From IMG/VR virus record IMGVR_UViG_3300036766_000471, positions 1 to 63,778 of that record: a stretch of DNA of 63,778 nucleotides. One strand, written 5' to 3'. Position 1 is the first letter of the stretch; every line of letters begins with the position of its first letter. The notes under the pieces are model-generated. The model did not search any database and was not told where the DNA came from. It saw only the letters and a program-made list of their open reading frames with translations. A program made the translations under genes and the position numbers. Below, one piece after another: positions 1-9,102 of this stretch. Source of the stretch: a virus (Duplodnaviria; Caudoviricetes).

Positions 1-149
1 GGCTGCGCCACTGCTGAACTGGAACGCCATCTCATAGCATTACCCCGACTCCAAGACACAGTTACCGCTGGCCAAACAGCGGTGAAGCGCCCGCGCTTCT
101 ACGTCACTTCCCCGACAGCGGCAAGCTACATTAGTATGCTACGCACAAA

Positions 150-611
150 ATGAAAACGCTCGAACAGCGCTTTTGGTTGAAGGTGAAGAAGTCCGCAACG
201 TGCTGGTGCTGGACGGGTTCAACGAACGGGGTTGGGTACGGTGAGATCCGTGAGGGGGGCAAAAACGGTGGAAGAAAACTGTACGCGCACCGTGTGTCCT
301 ACGAACTTCACCGGGGGCCCATTGGAGAGGGACTCGACATCGACCACCTCTGCAAGAACAGCTGGTGCGTGAACCCAGCGCATCTCGAAGCAGTCTCGCA
401 TCGAGAAAACGTGTTGCGAGGAAATGGCTGGGCTGGAAGGAACGCCCGGAAAACGCACTGCCCAAAGGGACACCCATATTCTGGAAAAAATCTCTACGTG
501 ACCCCCAGTGGGTACACGACTAGCGGGGGGTTCGTGACGAAGGTTGGCTTTCGTCAGTGCTTGGCGTGTAACCGAGAGAGAGCTGCCCAGCGTTGGGCAT
601 CGAGGGCGTGA
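150..611 (+). CDS. HNH homing endonuclease with C-terminal Zn-ribbon
   Basis: CWCWTG..GYG, AHRVSY, DHLC-x4-CVNPAHL..VSHREN HNH motif; THCPKGH...RQCLAC; antisense to neighbours; overlaps helicase 3' end. Confidence 0.9.
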   Translation: MKTLEQRFWLKVKKSATCWCWTGSTNGVGYGEIREGGKNGGRKLYAHRVSYELHRGPIGEGLDIDHLCKNSWCVNPAHLEAVSHRENVLRGNGWAGRNARKTHCPKGHPYSGKNLYVTPSGYTTSGGFVTKVGFRQCLACNRERAAQRWASRA

Positions 612-2031
612 GGGTGATCTCCGTCACGGCAAATTTTTCTCGTTGGTAGGCTCGTTTCCGTAGCTTGGCGTGACGCTCCAACCAAGGGTTCCCACTGTCC
701 GCAACATCGTAGACCTCGAAGGTGTCCTTGCCCGCGGAGAGGCGCATGCCGCGCCCGATGCGCTGGAGGGCCGCGATGACGCTCTTGCCCCCGCTGGCCA
801 CCACCACGCTGCGCAGCTCAGGGATGTCCACCCCCTCTTGGAAGATGACCGAACTGACCAGCACCTCCGTGTCCCCCCGCACGAGGCGCCGCACAGCCGC
901 CTGCCGGGTGTGGAGGTTCGCCGAGCCCCAGACGAACTCCGCCTTGAAGCCGCGGGCGAGCAGGGCCTTGGTGAAGCCCTTCCCGTGGGCAATCTCCTTC
1001 ACGAAGACGAGGCAGGGCTTCTCCGCCTTCTGCACCGCCGACAGCAGCGCCCGGTTGCGGACCTTCGACTTGATGACCCCCTCGTCGTAGACCTTCTTCC
1101 AGTTCCACCTGCAAATCAGCCCGTACTTGTCGCGCTCATCGAACTCCTGCTCCACGTGCACCAGCCGGATGATGGGGCGCGCGAGGTGCCCCGAGGTGAT
1201 GAGGGCGTCCGCCGAGTGCTTGAAGATGACCGGGCCGAGCGTGCCCACCGCGTAGATGCTGCGCTGGTCTTCCCGGTCCAGCGGGGTCGCGCTGATGCCC
1301 AGCCGCCAGTAGGCGTTCACGAGCGCGTTGGCCACCCGATTGTAGCTCTCCGCTGGAAGCGTGTGGGCTTCGTCCACGATGAGCCCTTGCACCCCGTTGA
1401 AGAGCCCCTTGTGCTTCCCCTTCTTCAGCGCCGCCGCCAAGCTCTGGAACGTGGCGCAAGTGAAGTGTGCCTCTTCGTCCCACTTCCCTTCCCCGATGCG
1501 CCCCGCCGTCTTGCGGGTGAGGGCGTCGTAGCGATCAGCAGCCTGCGCCATCAGGGAGGCCCGGTGCACGAGGAACAGCCAGCGCACGTGGGGGAAGCAC
1601 TGCACGATGGCCACCGCCACGTTGGTCTTCCCGCCCCCGGTGGCGATTTGGATTATGCCCCGCGTCTCTTTGAGCGCCGCGTCCACCGCCGCCTGCTGGT
1701 AGTCGCGCAGCTCGTAGTGCTCCCCACGTAGCCGCTGCGCAGCTTCGGAGACAGGCAACGGGATGACCGCCTGCGCGGGGGGTGTGCGGCTGTCGATGAC
1801 CTGCACCTGAATCTTCGCCTCTGCCGCGCGCTTCACCACGCCCGGAAGAAAGCCAGCCGGGAAGACGGACTCGGTGAGGTCGAAGAAATACTTCAGCGCC
1901 ACCTTGCCGGTGGTGAAGAGCGGCTTCCGGTCGGTGAACGTCAGCCCGGACTCCTTCGAGCGCAGCCACTCGATTTCGTCCTCGGTAGCCCGAGTCACCT
2001 TCACGTTCAGGTTTCCCTGCGTCAGCCACAT
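520..2031 (-). CDS. Superfamily 2 (DEAH) helicase
   Basis: LRDYQ Q-motif, ATGGGKT Walker A, DEAH, SAT, EGVDIP, QRIGRGMR. Confidence 0.95.
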   Translation of the reverse strand: MWLTQGNLNVKVTRATEDEIEWLRSKESGLTFTDRKPLFTTGKVALKYFFDLTESVFPAGFLPGVVKRAAEAKIQVQVIDSRTPPAQAVIPLPVSEAAQRLRGEHYELRDYQQAAVDAALKETRGIIQIATGGGKTNVAVAIVQCFPHVRWLFLVHRASLMAQAADRYDALTRKTAGRIGEGKWDEEAHFTCATFQSLAAALKKGKHKGLFNGVQGLIVDEAHTLPAESYNRVANALVNAYWRLGISATPLDREDQRSIYAVGTLGPVIFKHSADALITSGHLARPIIRLVHVEQEFDERDKYGLICRWNWKKVYDEGVIKSKVRNRALLSAVQKAEKPCLVFVKEIAHGKGFTKALLARGFKAEFVWGSANLHTRQAAVRRLVRGDTEVLVSSVIFQEGVDIPELRSVVVASGGKSVIAALQRIGRGMRLSAGKDTFEVYDVADSGNPWLERHAKLRKRAYQREKFAVTEITLTPSMPNAGQLSLGYTPSTDESQPSSRTPR

Positions 2032-2306
2032 GCGCTACCTCGCAAACCCTTCCGTTCGAGGTCTGAGTGTCGCGACCAGCCGGTGTGCTCGCAGTCTCGG
2101 CACCGATACTGCCGCGCCATCATGCTCTGCCTGCTGTTCTTCGTGTTAAACGGCCCGCGCGTCTTTCCGGTGAGCACGACACGATCGCTGCTCCCAAGTC
2201 CGTGCGTCGAAAGCTGCCCGAAGTATTCGTTGGTGCCATGCGCGCGGCGACACTTCGAGCAGCGGAAGTGAAGCGGGCAACCTGTCCCCGCGTTCGTGCC
2301 CGGCAT
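2022..2306 (-). CDS. small Cys-rich (Zn-finger-like) hypothetical protein
   Basis: CSKC and CRDC pairs; abuts neighbours. Confidence 0.6.
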   Translation of the reverse strand: MPGTNAGTGCPLHFRCSKCRRAHGTNEYFGQLSTHGLGSSDRVVLTGKTRGPFNTKNSRQSMMARQYRCRDCEHTGWSRHSDLERKGLRGSACG

Positions 2307-2542
2307 CAGGTGAGCCCCACCAGCTTCGCCGCTTCAGGGCTGCTGGTCTTGAAGTACTCGACCACCGACTTCCACTCCACCCAACGCCCGGCACCCAGCC
2401 GCACGCCGTGAATCTTGGGGGGCTTGGAGTCCATCCAGTCGTAGACAGACTGTGCGGTGAAGCCGATCTTCTCCGCCGCCTCCACCGCGGGGACGAACCC
2501 CTTCGCACGCAGTGCCGCCTTTGCTCCTGTTTCTTTCTTCAA
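2306..2542 (-). CDS. small HTH DNA-binding protein (excisionase/AlpA-like)
   Basis: EAAEKIGFTAQSVYDWM helix-turn-helix followed by wing (GVRLGAGRW). Confidence 0.7.
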   Translation of the reverse strand: MKKETGAKAALRAKGFVPAVEAAEKIGFTAQSVYDWMDSKPPKIHGVRLGAGRWVEWKSVVEYFKTSSPEAAKLVGLT

Positions 2543-3186
2543 GCGACCTCCTTCACGTCTTCTCCGAGCAGTCGGAACAGCCCGACCGCCAAGTCCTTGC
2601 TGTCCCCTGCGGCGTGCTTCAGCCCCCTCTTGGCTCGCTTGAGCTGCTCCGCCGTCTCGAAGGTGATTTCCAGCACCAGCGGCTTCACCGCGCCCGCGGT
2701 GTCCCGCTCCGGCTCGTAGTCGGAAGCGGGCACGTTCATCTCCACCGTCACGTCCACGTTCTGGCTGACCGCCCCGATGAGGTCCTTCATCTCGCTCTCG
2801 GTGAAGCCGCTCAGCAGCAGCTCCGACATGTCGATGCCCGTCTCGCTCAGCTCTTTGAAGATGCGCCCCGCTGCGGTCAGGTCCAGCTCGCCGCGCAGCT
2901 TGTTCATCGCCAGCCGGAGGATGACTTCATCGGCGTCGCTGCATTCGTAGACGACGCAGGCCACAGCATCCATGCCCGCCACCTTCGCGGCCCGCAGCCG
3001 GTGGTGCCCGTCGATGACCCGGTAGGCGCCAGCCCCAAGCGTGCGCACGAGGATGGGCTGAATCATCCCCTTGGCCTGAATCGCCTTGCAGAGCGTCTCG
3101 AACTCCGACGCAGGCATCACGTTCGGGTTGTCCTCAGCAATCTGGAGCAGGTCCATGCTGAGGTTCTGAATCATCACGTCGTTCAT
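2539..3186 (-). CDS. ParB/Srx N-terminal domain protein
   Basis: NPN..., GMIQPILVR, YRVIDGHHRLRA, N-x-x-RG; ATG at 3186 coupled to upstream stop. Confidence 0.85.
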   Translation of the reverse strand: MNDVMIQNLSMDLLQIAEDNPNVMPASEFETLCKAIQAKGMIQPILVRTLGAGAYRVIDGHHRLRAAKVAGMDAVACVVYECSDADEVILRLAMNKLRGELDLTAAGRIFKELSETGIDMSELLLSGFTESEMKDLIGAVSQNVDVTVEMNVPASDYEPERDTAGAVKPLVLEITFETAEQLKRAKRGLKHAAGDSKDLAVGLFRLLGEDVKEVA

Positions 3187-3713
3187 GGCCGGAGTTCCTC
3201 CCACAGCGCACGCAGCGGTAGAGCGTGTTCAGCCCGGCGTACCATCTGCGCCCGCGCGTAGTAGATGTCCTTCACCGGCACTCGCTTCCGCTTCGCCAGC
3301 TCCTGCGGTGTGCCTTCTCCGAGGGCGTTGGCCACTCCCACCTTCTTCGAGCTGTAGTCCAGTCGGTTGAGCACCGACCGCACCCGAGCAGCGACTTGGC
3401 GATTGTGAAGCAGGAGTGCAGGACCGGGCCCCGGTTCTATTCCTCGGGAAAGATCCATCATCTCGCGTGTCATCTTCGACGGACGCCCACGCTCCTTCGA
3501 GAGGTAGCGGCGCACTGCCTTCTGTGCCGCCGCCGATGCGTAGGCGCACCACTCACCGCGAGCCGGGTCGAAGGTACGGCACGCAGTGATGAGCGCGACG
3601 ATCGCCTCCTGCTGCATGTCCGCCGAGTGCCCAGTCGCCCGAGGTACCCGCTGGAGGAAGAAGCGAACCTCACGAGCAGCGATTCGTTGGATGTCGTCGT
3701 AGTCGGGTGCCAT
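3183..3713 (-). CDS. phage sigma70-family sigma factor
   Basis: Region 2-like DMQQEAIVALITACRTFDPARG..YA; region 4-like TPQELAKRKRV. Confidence 0.75.
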   Translation of the reverse strand: MAPDYDDIQRIAAREVRFFLQRVPRATGHSADMQQEAIVALITACRTFDPARGEWCAYASAAAQKAVRRYLSKERGRPSKMTREMMDLSRGIEPGPGPALLLHNRQVAARVRSVLNRLDYSSKKVGVANALGEGTPQELAKRKRVPVKDIYYARAQMVRRAEHALPLRALWEELRP

Positions 3714-3723
3714 TGGTGTTTCT

Positions 3724-3957
3724 TTACTCCTTTGGGTTTCTTGTGTCTACTTCATCGTGGAGTGCCTTCCACAACTTGGTGTCGGGGAACACTTCGGTCC
3801 AGAAGTCACAGCCTTTGCGCGGGCAGCTCACGATGTCCCCAACCGGCACCCCCAGCATGTTGGTCGCCACCCCGGTCTGCATGAGCCCCACTCCATGGGT
3901 GGGGCAGGCTCCGCGGTTCAAGCGACGGCGCCGGGTGAGGTCGTCCTGCCGCTTCAT
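3724..3957 (-). CDS. small Zn-ribbon hypothetical protein
   Basis: CPTH...CPRKGC; ATGA coupling with upstream gene. Confidence 0.55.
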   Translation of the reverse strand: MKRQDDLTRRRRLNRGACPTHGVGLMQTGVATNMLGVPVGDIVSCPRKGCDFWTEVFPDTKLWKALHDEVDTRNPKE

Positions 3958-4184
3958 GCCCCGTGCGCCTTTGCGATGACTGCGCGAGCGCGCTCGAAGA
4001 GACGAACATGCCATTCAGGGGCCCCCGCCGAGTGCCCACAACCGACGAACTCTTCGCACACCGCGAGCAGCTCCTGCGCAGACTTGTGCACGTCGCAGTA
4101 GTCGATGTCGATGTACTGCCCCAGCTTGCTGACGGTGCACCCGCACTTCAACGCACCGAAGGGGCCCGGCGTAGGGGTGCTCAT
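3954..4184 (-). CDS. hypothetical protein
   Basis: Ends with common phage motif A.ELL...ARAVIAKA.G; coupled start/stop. Confidence 0.6.
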   Translation of the reverse strand: MSTPTPGPFGALKCGCTVSKLGQYIDIDYCDVHKSAQELLAVCEEFVGCGHSAGAPEWHVRLFERARAVIAKAHGA

Positions 4185-4723
4185 GGACCAGCACCCAGCC
4201 GGTGCGCGGCGAGCAGGGCCTTGCGCGCGGTGACGCTCTTCCGCAGCTCCTTCACCTTGCCGATGTTGTAGACCCCGCCCAGCTCGCGTTGGTTGTGCTT
4301 GGCACCAACGATCGCCCAGTTGGGCGCGTAAGGCACAGCGGAAGCCGTGCGCTGTGGGGGGTCAACGAGACGGACCCCAGCCTTCGCGATGGCGAGCGCC
4401 AAGTGCGTCTCAGGGACCGGGGCGTAGTCACGCCGCTCCATCTTGCTCTTGAAGACAGCCATGACCTGCGCGGGGGTCCGCTGCACTTTCTTCCGCTCCC
4501 ATGGGGCCGGAGTGTTGAGCAGCCTCTCCAGCTTCGGGTTTACCTTCGCGATGGGTGGGAAGTGCTGGTCCATCAGGTTGCGCAGTCGCCGCAGCTGAGT
4601 GAGTGCTCCCTCCCGTGCGTTCTTCCGGGCGAGCCGCCCCTGCTCCGGCTTGAGCCGCCGCAGCTCCTTGGCCAGCCATCGAAGTGAGCTGGTCAGCTCC
4701 GCAGGTGGTGGGGTGAACTTCAT
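4181..4723 (-). CDS. basic hypothetical protein
   Basis: GGAGG RBS; coupled to both neighbours. Confidence 0.65.
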   Translation of the reverse strand: MKFTPPPAELTSSLRWLAKELRRLKPEQGRLARKNAREGALTQLRRLRNLMDQHFPPIAKVNPKLERLLNTPAPWERKKVQRTPAQVMAVFKSKMERRDYAPVPETHLALAIAKAGVRLVDPPQRTASAVPYAPNWAIVGAKHNQRELGGVYNIGKVKELRKSVTARKALLAAHRLGAGP

Positions 4724-6075
4724 TCAGCCTCCTTTGCAACGGGGTTCGACTCCAGTTCGACCACCTCGCCCCAAGGGAACTTGATGTTCCGGTGAGGACC
4801 GCACACCAGCCAGATGACCTTGGTCCCGCGCGGCTTGGGCCCGACATCACCAACCTGTCCATCAGTCACGCAGATCACTAGCTCAGCTCGTTTCGGCATC
4901 CGGGCCAGCATGGCGAAGGCTGGCTTCATGTCCGTTCCGCCTCCGCCCTTCAGTGCCTTGCAGGCTTCCTGCACCGAGCGAATCTTCACCGCGCTGTGCA
5001 CGTCGGCGTCGCAGGCGAAGAAGTCGATGTTCGCTCCGACCGCGGCGAGGATGCCCTTCGTCTCTTCCATCGCTACCCGCAGCTCATCGCTGCCCATCGA
5101 GCCCGAGGTGTCGGCGATGACTGCCACGTGGGGGACCGGCATGCGCAGCGCCGGGAAGACCGGGGAGCCCGTGCCGTACCCGTAGGCACCCTGTCGGCGC
5201 GAAGGTCGATCGTAGCGGTAGTCCCCAGCACCGGGGCGGTACGCCACCGCCGCCTTGCACACCTGCGCCAGCTTTTGCTGCCACGGGATTCGCGGCGTGC
5301 CCAGCGTCTCTTCTGCCCAGCGCACCAGCCCACCGGGCACCGTCCCGCGCCCCTTGCTGGCCTCCTGTCGAACCGCTTCCGCCACCTCGCGTTGGATTCG
5401 CCGCACCTCTGGGAGGGACTTGCCCAGCCCAGCCGGGAGAGCCGCTTCCTCTGGGCTCATCTCGCCACCCGACCCGGAGCCGCACCCCTTCTTGCCGAGC
5501 AGCGGGCCCAGCGTCCCACCGCTTCCCTTCCCTTTGCCTTTCCCCTGACCCTGCCCCTGCCCCTGCCCCTGACCCTGACCCTGACCCTTCTTCCCGTGGC
5601 CCTGCTTCCGCAGCGCCGCGTAGTATTCCTCTGCGAGCTTGCCGTCCTCGCACCCGAAGTCTTTGGGGAGCACGCCCGAGGGCTTGCCAACCTTCTCCGC
5701 CTCCACACCGTCTTCCTCGGTGAACAGCGGGAACTTCGCGCCCGCCGCCAACAAGTCGTCATTGCTCTCAGCGTCACCCGCGAGGTTCCACGTGCGCGGT
5801 TCCGCAGCGCACGCTGTACACCGACCGTGGTGGTCGCGCAGCGGGTGGAGCACCTCGTGGAGCAGCACCCACGCGAGGTTTTCCACCGTCCACTTCTTGT
5901 ACAGCTCGGGGTCCCACATGAGGACCATGCGTGGGGTCACCGCGAGGGTTCCGAACCCCGGCACCGGGTAGGGCACGAGGCCCATCACTCCCGAGCTGAA
6001 GTAGGGCAGCAACCGGCAGGCCATGATGCGCGCGGCGGCGAACCAAGAAGCTGGGTCTTTAAGTTCTGGTGTCAT
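4720..6075 (-). CDS. metallopeptidase-like (HEXXH) plus vWA domain protein (DUF2201-like)
   Basis: LLHEVLH; Gly/Gln-rich linker; DTSGSM MIDAS, GGGGTD, TDG. Confidence 0.85.
   Translation of the reverse strand: MTPELKDPASWFAAARIMACRLLPYFSSGVMGLVPYPVPGFGTLAVTPRMVLMWDPELYKKWTVENLAWVLLHEVLHPLRDHHGRCTACAAEPRTWNLAGDAESNDDLLAAGAKFPLFTEEDGVEAEKVGKPSGVLPKDFGCEDGKLAEEYYAALRKQGHGKKGQGQGQGQGQGQGQGKGKGKGSGGTLGPLLGKKGCGSGSGGEMSPEEAALPAGLGKSLPEVRRIQREVAEAVRQEASKGRGTVPGGLVRWAEETLGTPRIPWQQKLAQVCKAAVAYRPGAGDYRYDRPSRRQGAYGYGTGSPVFPALRMPVPHVAVIADTSGSMGSDELRVAMEETKGILAAVGANIDFFACDADVHSAVKIRSVQEACKALKGGGGTDMKPAFAMLARMPKRAELVICVTDGQVGDVGPKPRGTKVIWLVCGPHRNIKFPWGEVVELESNPVAKEAE
5542..5587. repeat. hexamer tandem repeat encoding (GQ)n linker
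   Basis: CAGGGT/CAGGGG units on minus strand. Confidence 0.85.
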
Positions 6076-6095
6076 TCGCTTCCTTCCATGGTCAC

Positions 6096-6125
6096 AAGGT
6101 ACACAAGAAACACAAGAGAGTCAAG
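6096..6125 (-). promoter_or_regulatory. sigma70-like promoter, repeat copy 1
   Basis: TTGACT-17-TACCTT; 26 bp (6100-6125) identical to 7744-7769. Confidence 0.7.
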
Positions 6126-6312
6126 GACTCGTTTTCAGCAGGAAGAGCAGGTCTTCCCGCGCATCCAACACTGCCTGCCCGAGCGTCCAGCGGCAGTCCC
6201 CTGCGTTGTGCTCGTGCATCAAGGGCCCATGCGCCGGGTCGGCGCACTTGCGGCAACCCGGTACCTCAGCTGTCAGCAACGCCACCAAGTAGCTCAGCGT
6301 GGTCTTCGCCAT
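6121..6312 (-). CDS. small hypothetical protein
   Basis: Fills gap between AAA and vWA genes; CRKC..H..C. Confidence 0.5.
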   Translation of the reverse strand: MAKTTLSYLVALLTAEVPGCRKCADPAHGPLMHEHNAGDCRWTLGQAVLDAREDLLFLLKTSP

Positions 6313-6315
6313 GGG

Positions 6316-7470
6316 TCAGCTCTTCGGGGCGACAAAGCCCGCCACTTTGAGGATGGGGTGGAGCTTTGTGAGTCCTGCGTGCGCGTCCTTCGAGGTGATG
6401 AAGCCCCGCTTCGCGAGCACCATCCCTGCCTGCACCGTCACGTCGGCAGCGTCCTTGGAGATTTCCGCGATGTACCGCCAGAGGACATCGGAGCGGGTCT
6501 TCGCTTTGGACGTTTTGTCCGGGGCGATGATTGCTGCGCATGCCCCGAGGACCGCGGTCGTGCGATCGAGCCGCTTGGGGTCGTGCTTGAAGACCACCTT
6601 CTCGTCGAGCACCTCAACAGGGTCGGGGAGGTCTGAAGCGGTCTGGAACTGAATCAGCTCCGAAGCAGCTCCGATTCCCACGAAGGCCGCGACCAGCTCT
6701 TCAGCGTCGCTCGGTTCCAGCCCGTGGACTTCCGAACCCGCCAGCGCTCGGGTCGCCAGCTCCCACGTGCGGGGGGAGGGCCACGCGCGCCCAGCTTCGG
6801 GAGACTCCGCGATGGGCATCTTGAAGAGCAGGCTGGGGTTGGCTTTGAGGAACCCCGCCACGAGGCCCCGAGCCTTCGCCCATGCTTCCGGCCACTTCTT
6901 CAGCACCTCAGCTTCGAGGTCCGCCGCGTTCAGTGGAGCGCTGTCTTCCGACTCGCCGCCGAGCAGCCAGTTGGCCCATTCCGCCACCGAGGGAGGGTCC
7001 CAAGGCATGTGGCCGAAGCGGTTCGCGAGCGGTGGGCTCAGAGGCCAGCCACCCGCGGCTTCCTCCACCCGGTTCATCATCGCCACGATGCGCACCGTGG
7101 GAGGCATTTGGTACTCACCGACCGCGCCGTCTGTGGCGAGCCGCAAGAGCGCCGCCTGCATCGCTGGGACGTTGGTGTTCAGCTCATCGAGCACCACCAC
7201 CCCGTACTTCTTGTCGCCCAAGTTCTTCGCCCACGCTGCGGGCACGAGGCGGAAGCGATCGTCTTCGAGGCGCGCGAGGCCACCTACGTCCGTGGGCTCT
7301 CGGATGCTGCCGATGATGACCTCAGCGGCGAGGCCGAAGTGCGCGGCTTCGTTCTCCACCCGCTGCGTTTTTCCGTTGCCGGGGGGACCGATGAAAATCA
7401 TGGGGAGCCCCCAGCGCTTCTTCGGGCCCGGCGTGAACCACACAGTCTTCAGGATTCCTCGGACGTTCAT
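6316..7470 (-). CDS. MoxR-like AAA+ ATPase
   Basis: GPPGNGKT Walker A, VVVLDEL Walker B, AMMN sensor, LSPPLANRF, PSPRTW. Confidence 0.9.
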   Translation of the reverse strand: MNVRGILKTVWFTPGPKKRWGLPMIFIGPPGNGKTQRVENEAAHFGLAAEVIIGSIREPTDVGGLARLEDDRFRLVPAAWAKNLGDKKYGVVVLDELNTNVPAMQAALLRLATDGAVGEYQMPPTVRIVAMMNRVEEAAGGWPLSPPLANRFGHMPWDPPSVAEWANWLLGGESEDSAPLNAADLEAEVLKKWPEAWAKARGLVAGFLKANPSLLFKMPIAESPEAGRAWPSPRTWELATRALAGSEVHGLEPSDAEELVAAFVGIGAASELIQFQTASDLPDPVEVLDEKVVFKHDPKRLDRTTAVLGACAAIIAPDKTSKAKTRSDVLWRYIAEISKDAADVTVQAGMVLAKRGFITSKDAHAGLTKLHPILKVAGFVAPKS

Positions 7471-7706
7471 CGGGCGCTCCCGGTTGCCACTGCGTTTGCC
7501 CACGCACGCTGCCCAAGCGGGGTTTTTGGGGTGAGGTCTTCGAGGCCCACCACGATGATGAAGCCCTCGGCGCTCTCATTCACGCACACGCGGACCTCGC
7601 CCTCGGCTTCGAGCCCTTCCTGTCGCTCCATCACATCCACGTTGAACGTGAGCGCTCTCCCGCTCTTCGTGGTCACCGTCAGCAACATCTGGTCTTGAAG
7701 TTCCAT
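7467..7706 (-). CDS. hypothetical protein
   Basis: GGAGG RBS and promoter upstream; ATGA coupling to AAA gene. Confidence 0.6.
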   Translation of the reverse strand: MELQDQMLLTVTTKSGRALTFNVDVMERQEGLEAEGEVRVCVNESAEGFIIVVGLEDLTPKTPLGQRAWANAVATGSAR

Positions 7707-7739
7707 TTTCAGCCTCCGTTCGGGTTGCTTACGAAAACG

Positions 7740-7769
7740 ACTCTACACAAGAAACACAAGAGAGTCAAG
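7740..7769 (-). promoter_or_regulatory. sigma70-like promoter, repeat copy 2
   Basis: TTGACT-17-TAGAGT; identical spacer to 6096-6125. Confidence 0.7.
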
Positions 7770-7794
7770 AAATCAAATTTCGAGGAACTTCGGT

Positions 7795-7814
7795 GGGGGC
7801 CCCGAAGGGCCCCC
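7795..7814 (-). terminator. GC hairpin with cUUCGg loop
   Basis: GGGGGCCC-TTCG-GGGCCCCC just after stop of 7819..9036; no U-tract on minus strand. Confidence 0.55.
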
Positions 7815-7818
7815 TGTT

Positions 7819-9036
7819 TCACTCTTCGGCGGTCACGTCGCTGTACTCGGGGAGGCGATCCAGTGCCGCGTCCACCCCGTGGAGCAGGACCCGTCCCGCG
7901 AGGCGCTCCAGCGGGTAGCTCTGTCCGCGTCGCTGGAGCTGGACCATCGCTTGCCCGAGGTAGGTGATGACCTCGTTCGAGGTGAACTCCGCGCCGTTCG
8001 CCGGGGTGAGCAGCGCCGCTCCCGCGAGCAGCTGGTCCGTGGTGTCCTCACCCGCGCCCAACTTCCGAATCGCGCTGGCCAGCCGGTTGATGACGAACTC
8101 CGTGCCCTTCGTGCTCTGTGCGCTCCCGAGTTCTCCGGCTGAGCTGGTCAGTTCCGCCAGCAGGGCTTTCGCGTCGATGAGCGCCGCTTCGACTCGCTCC
8201 CCGACCTTCTTCCCCGAGTGGATTCCGCGGGCGCTGTGGGCTTCCATCGAGAGGGTTGCTCCCTCGAAGCCGAGCCGCTGCGCCGCCTCTTTGGTCACCT
8301 CGTCCAGTTCTTTGATGAGGCCAGCCGACACGCTCCAGCTCGCCGCGCCGACCTCCGAGTTCCGAATCACGAGGTACCCGCTCCAGAACTCACCGGGCGC
8401 CATCTCGACTCGCACCGCAGGAACCACCGCGCGCAGCTCCGAGACTTCGACTCCGCGGAAGAACTTGGCGCGCACCGTGCTCAGCTCGTGGGAGGTGAAT
8501 CCCTCGCGCATCTTGGCGATGAACACCGGGTCATCCGAGGACACCCCGGAGTGAGTCTTCGTCACCGCGCCGACCACCGTGGGGACCCGCGTCTGGCCGC
8601 TCGGGAGGTGGCGGAAGCGGAGCACCACCGTCTCTTCCGCGTTCGACTTGGCCCCCTGCGCCAAGTAGTCGTTGTAGGCCGCGCTCCGGGGGGAGTAGGC
8701 AGCCTCAGCGTCGGGTGACCCCTGCGAGGTATTCAGCCGCACGAGGCACCGGGCGACATTGCGCGGGGGGTAGCAGTAGGAGCGGAGCAGCTCCCCGAAC
8801 ACCCGGTAGGTCATGCGCGCTCCGCCGTTCCCGCGCGAGAGCTTGCCGCTCGCCTTCAGGTTCAGAGCTTTGAACTTGGTGGGCGCGTCGGTGGGATTCT
8901 CAGCTTTGATTTGCCGCTCCCATGCGTTCAGCGCTTCGCCCATCGGGGGCAGCTCCGCGACCTTTCCGATGCTCGCCTCGCGGGCACCGTCCTCCGGCAT
9001 CAGGACCGCTTCTTCGACCTTCGTCTCTTCAGCCAT
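7819..9036 (-). CDS. DUF932-like hypothetical protein
   Basis: GYLVIRNSEVGAAS resembles the NSEVG motif of DUF932 proteins; own promoter and RBS. Confidence 0.5.
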   Translation of the reverse strand: MAEETKVEEAVLMPEDGAREASIGKVAELPPMGEALNAWERQIKAENPTDAPTKFKALNLKASGKLSRGNGGARMTYRVFGELLRSYCYPPRNVARCLVRLNTSQGSPDAEAAYSPRSAAYNDYLAQGAKSNAEETVVLRFRHLPSGQTRVPTVVGAVTKTHSGVSSDDPVFIAKMREGFTSHELSTVRAKFFRGVEVSELRAVVPAVRVEMAPGEFWSGYLVIRNSEVGAASWSVSAGLIKELDEVTKEAAQRLGFEGATLSMEAHSARGIHSGKKVGERVEAALIDAKALLAELTSSAGELGSAQSTKGTEFVINRLASAIRKLGAGEDTTDQLLAGAALLTPANGAEFTSNEVITYLGQAMVQLQRRGQSYPLERLAGRVLLHGVDAALDRLPEYSDVTAEE

Positions 9037-9070
9037 TTTCAGCCTCCGGTTCGGGTTAGCTACGAGAGTG

Positions 9071-9098
9071 AGTATACACTACGTGGATACCGTGTCAA
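9071..9098 (-). promoter_or_regulatory. sigma70 promoter P1
   Basis: TTGACA-16-TATACT. Confidence 0.75.
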
Positions 9099-9102
9099 AT
9101 CC

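Noticed and set aside
100-130. Possible displaced original helicase C-terminus left of the HNH gene
   Set aside because: Short open stretches exist (LPLSGK*, LAAVGEVT*), but similarity to the current terminus is too weak to support.
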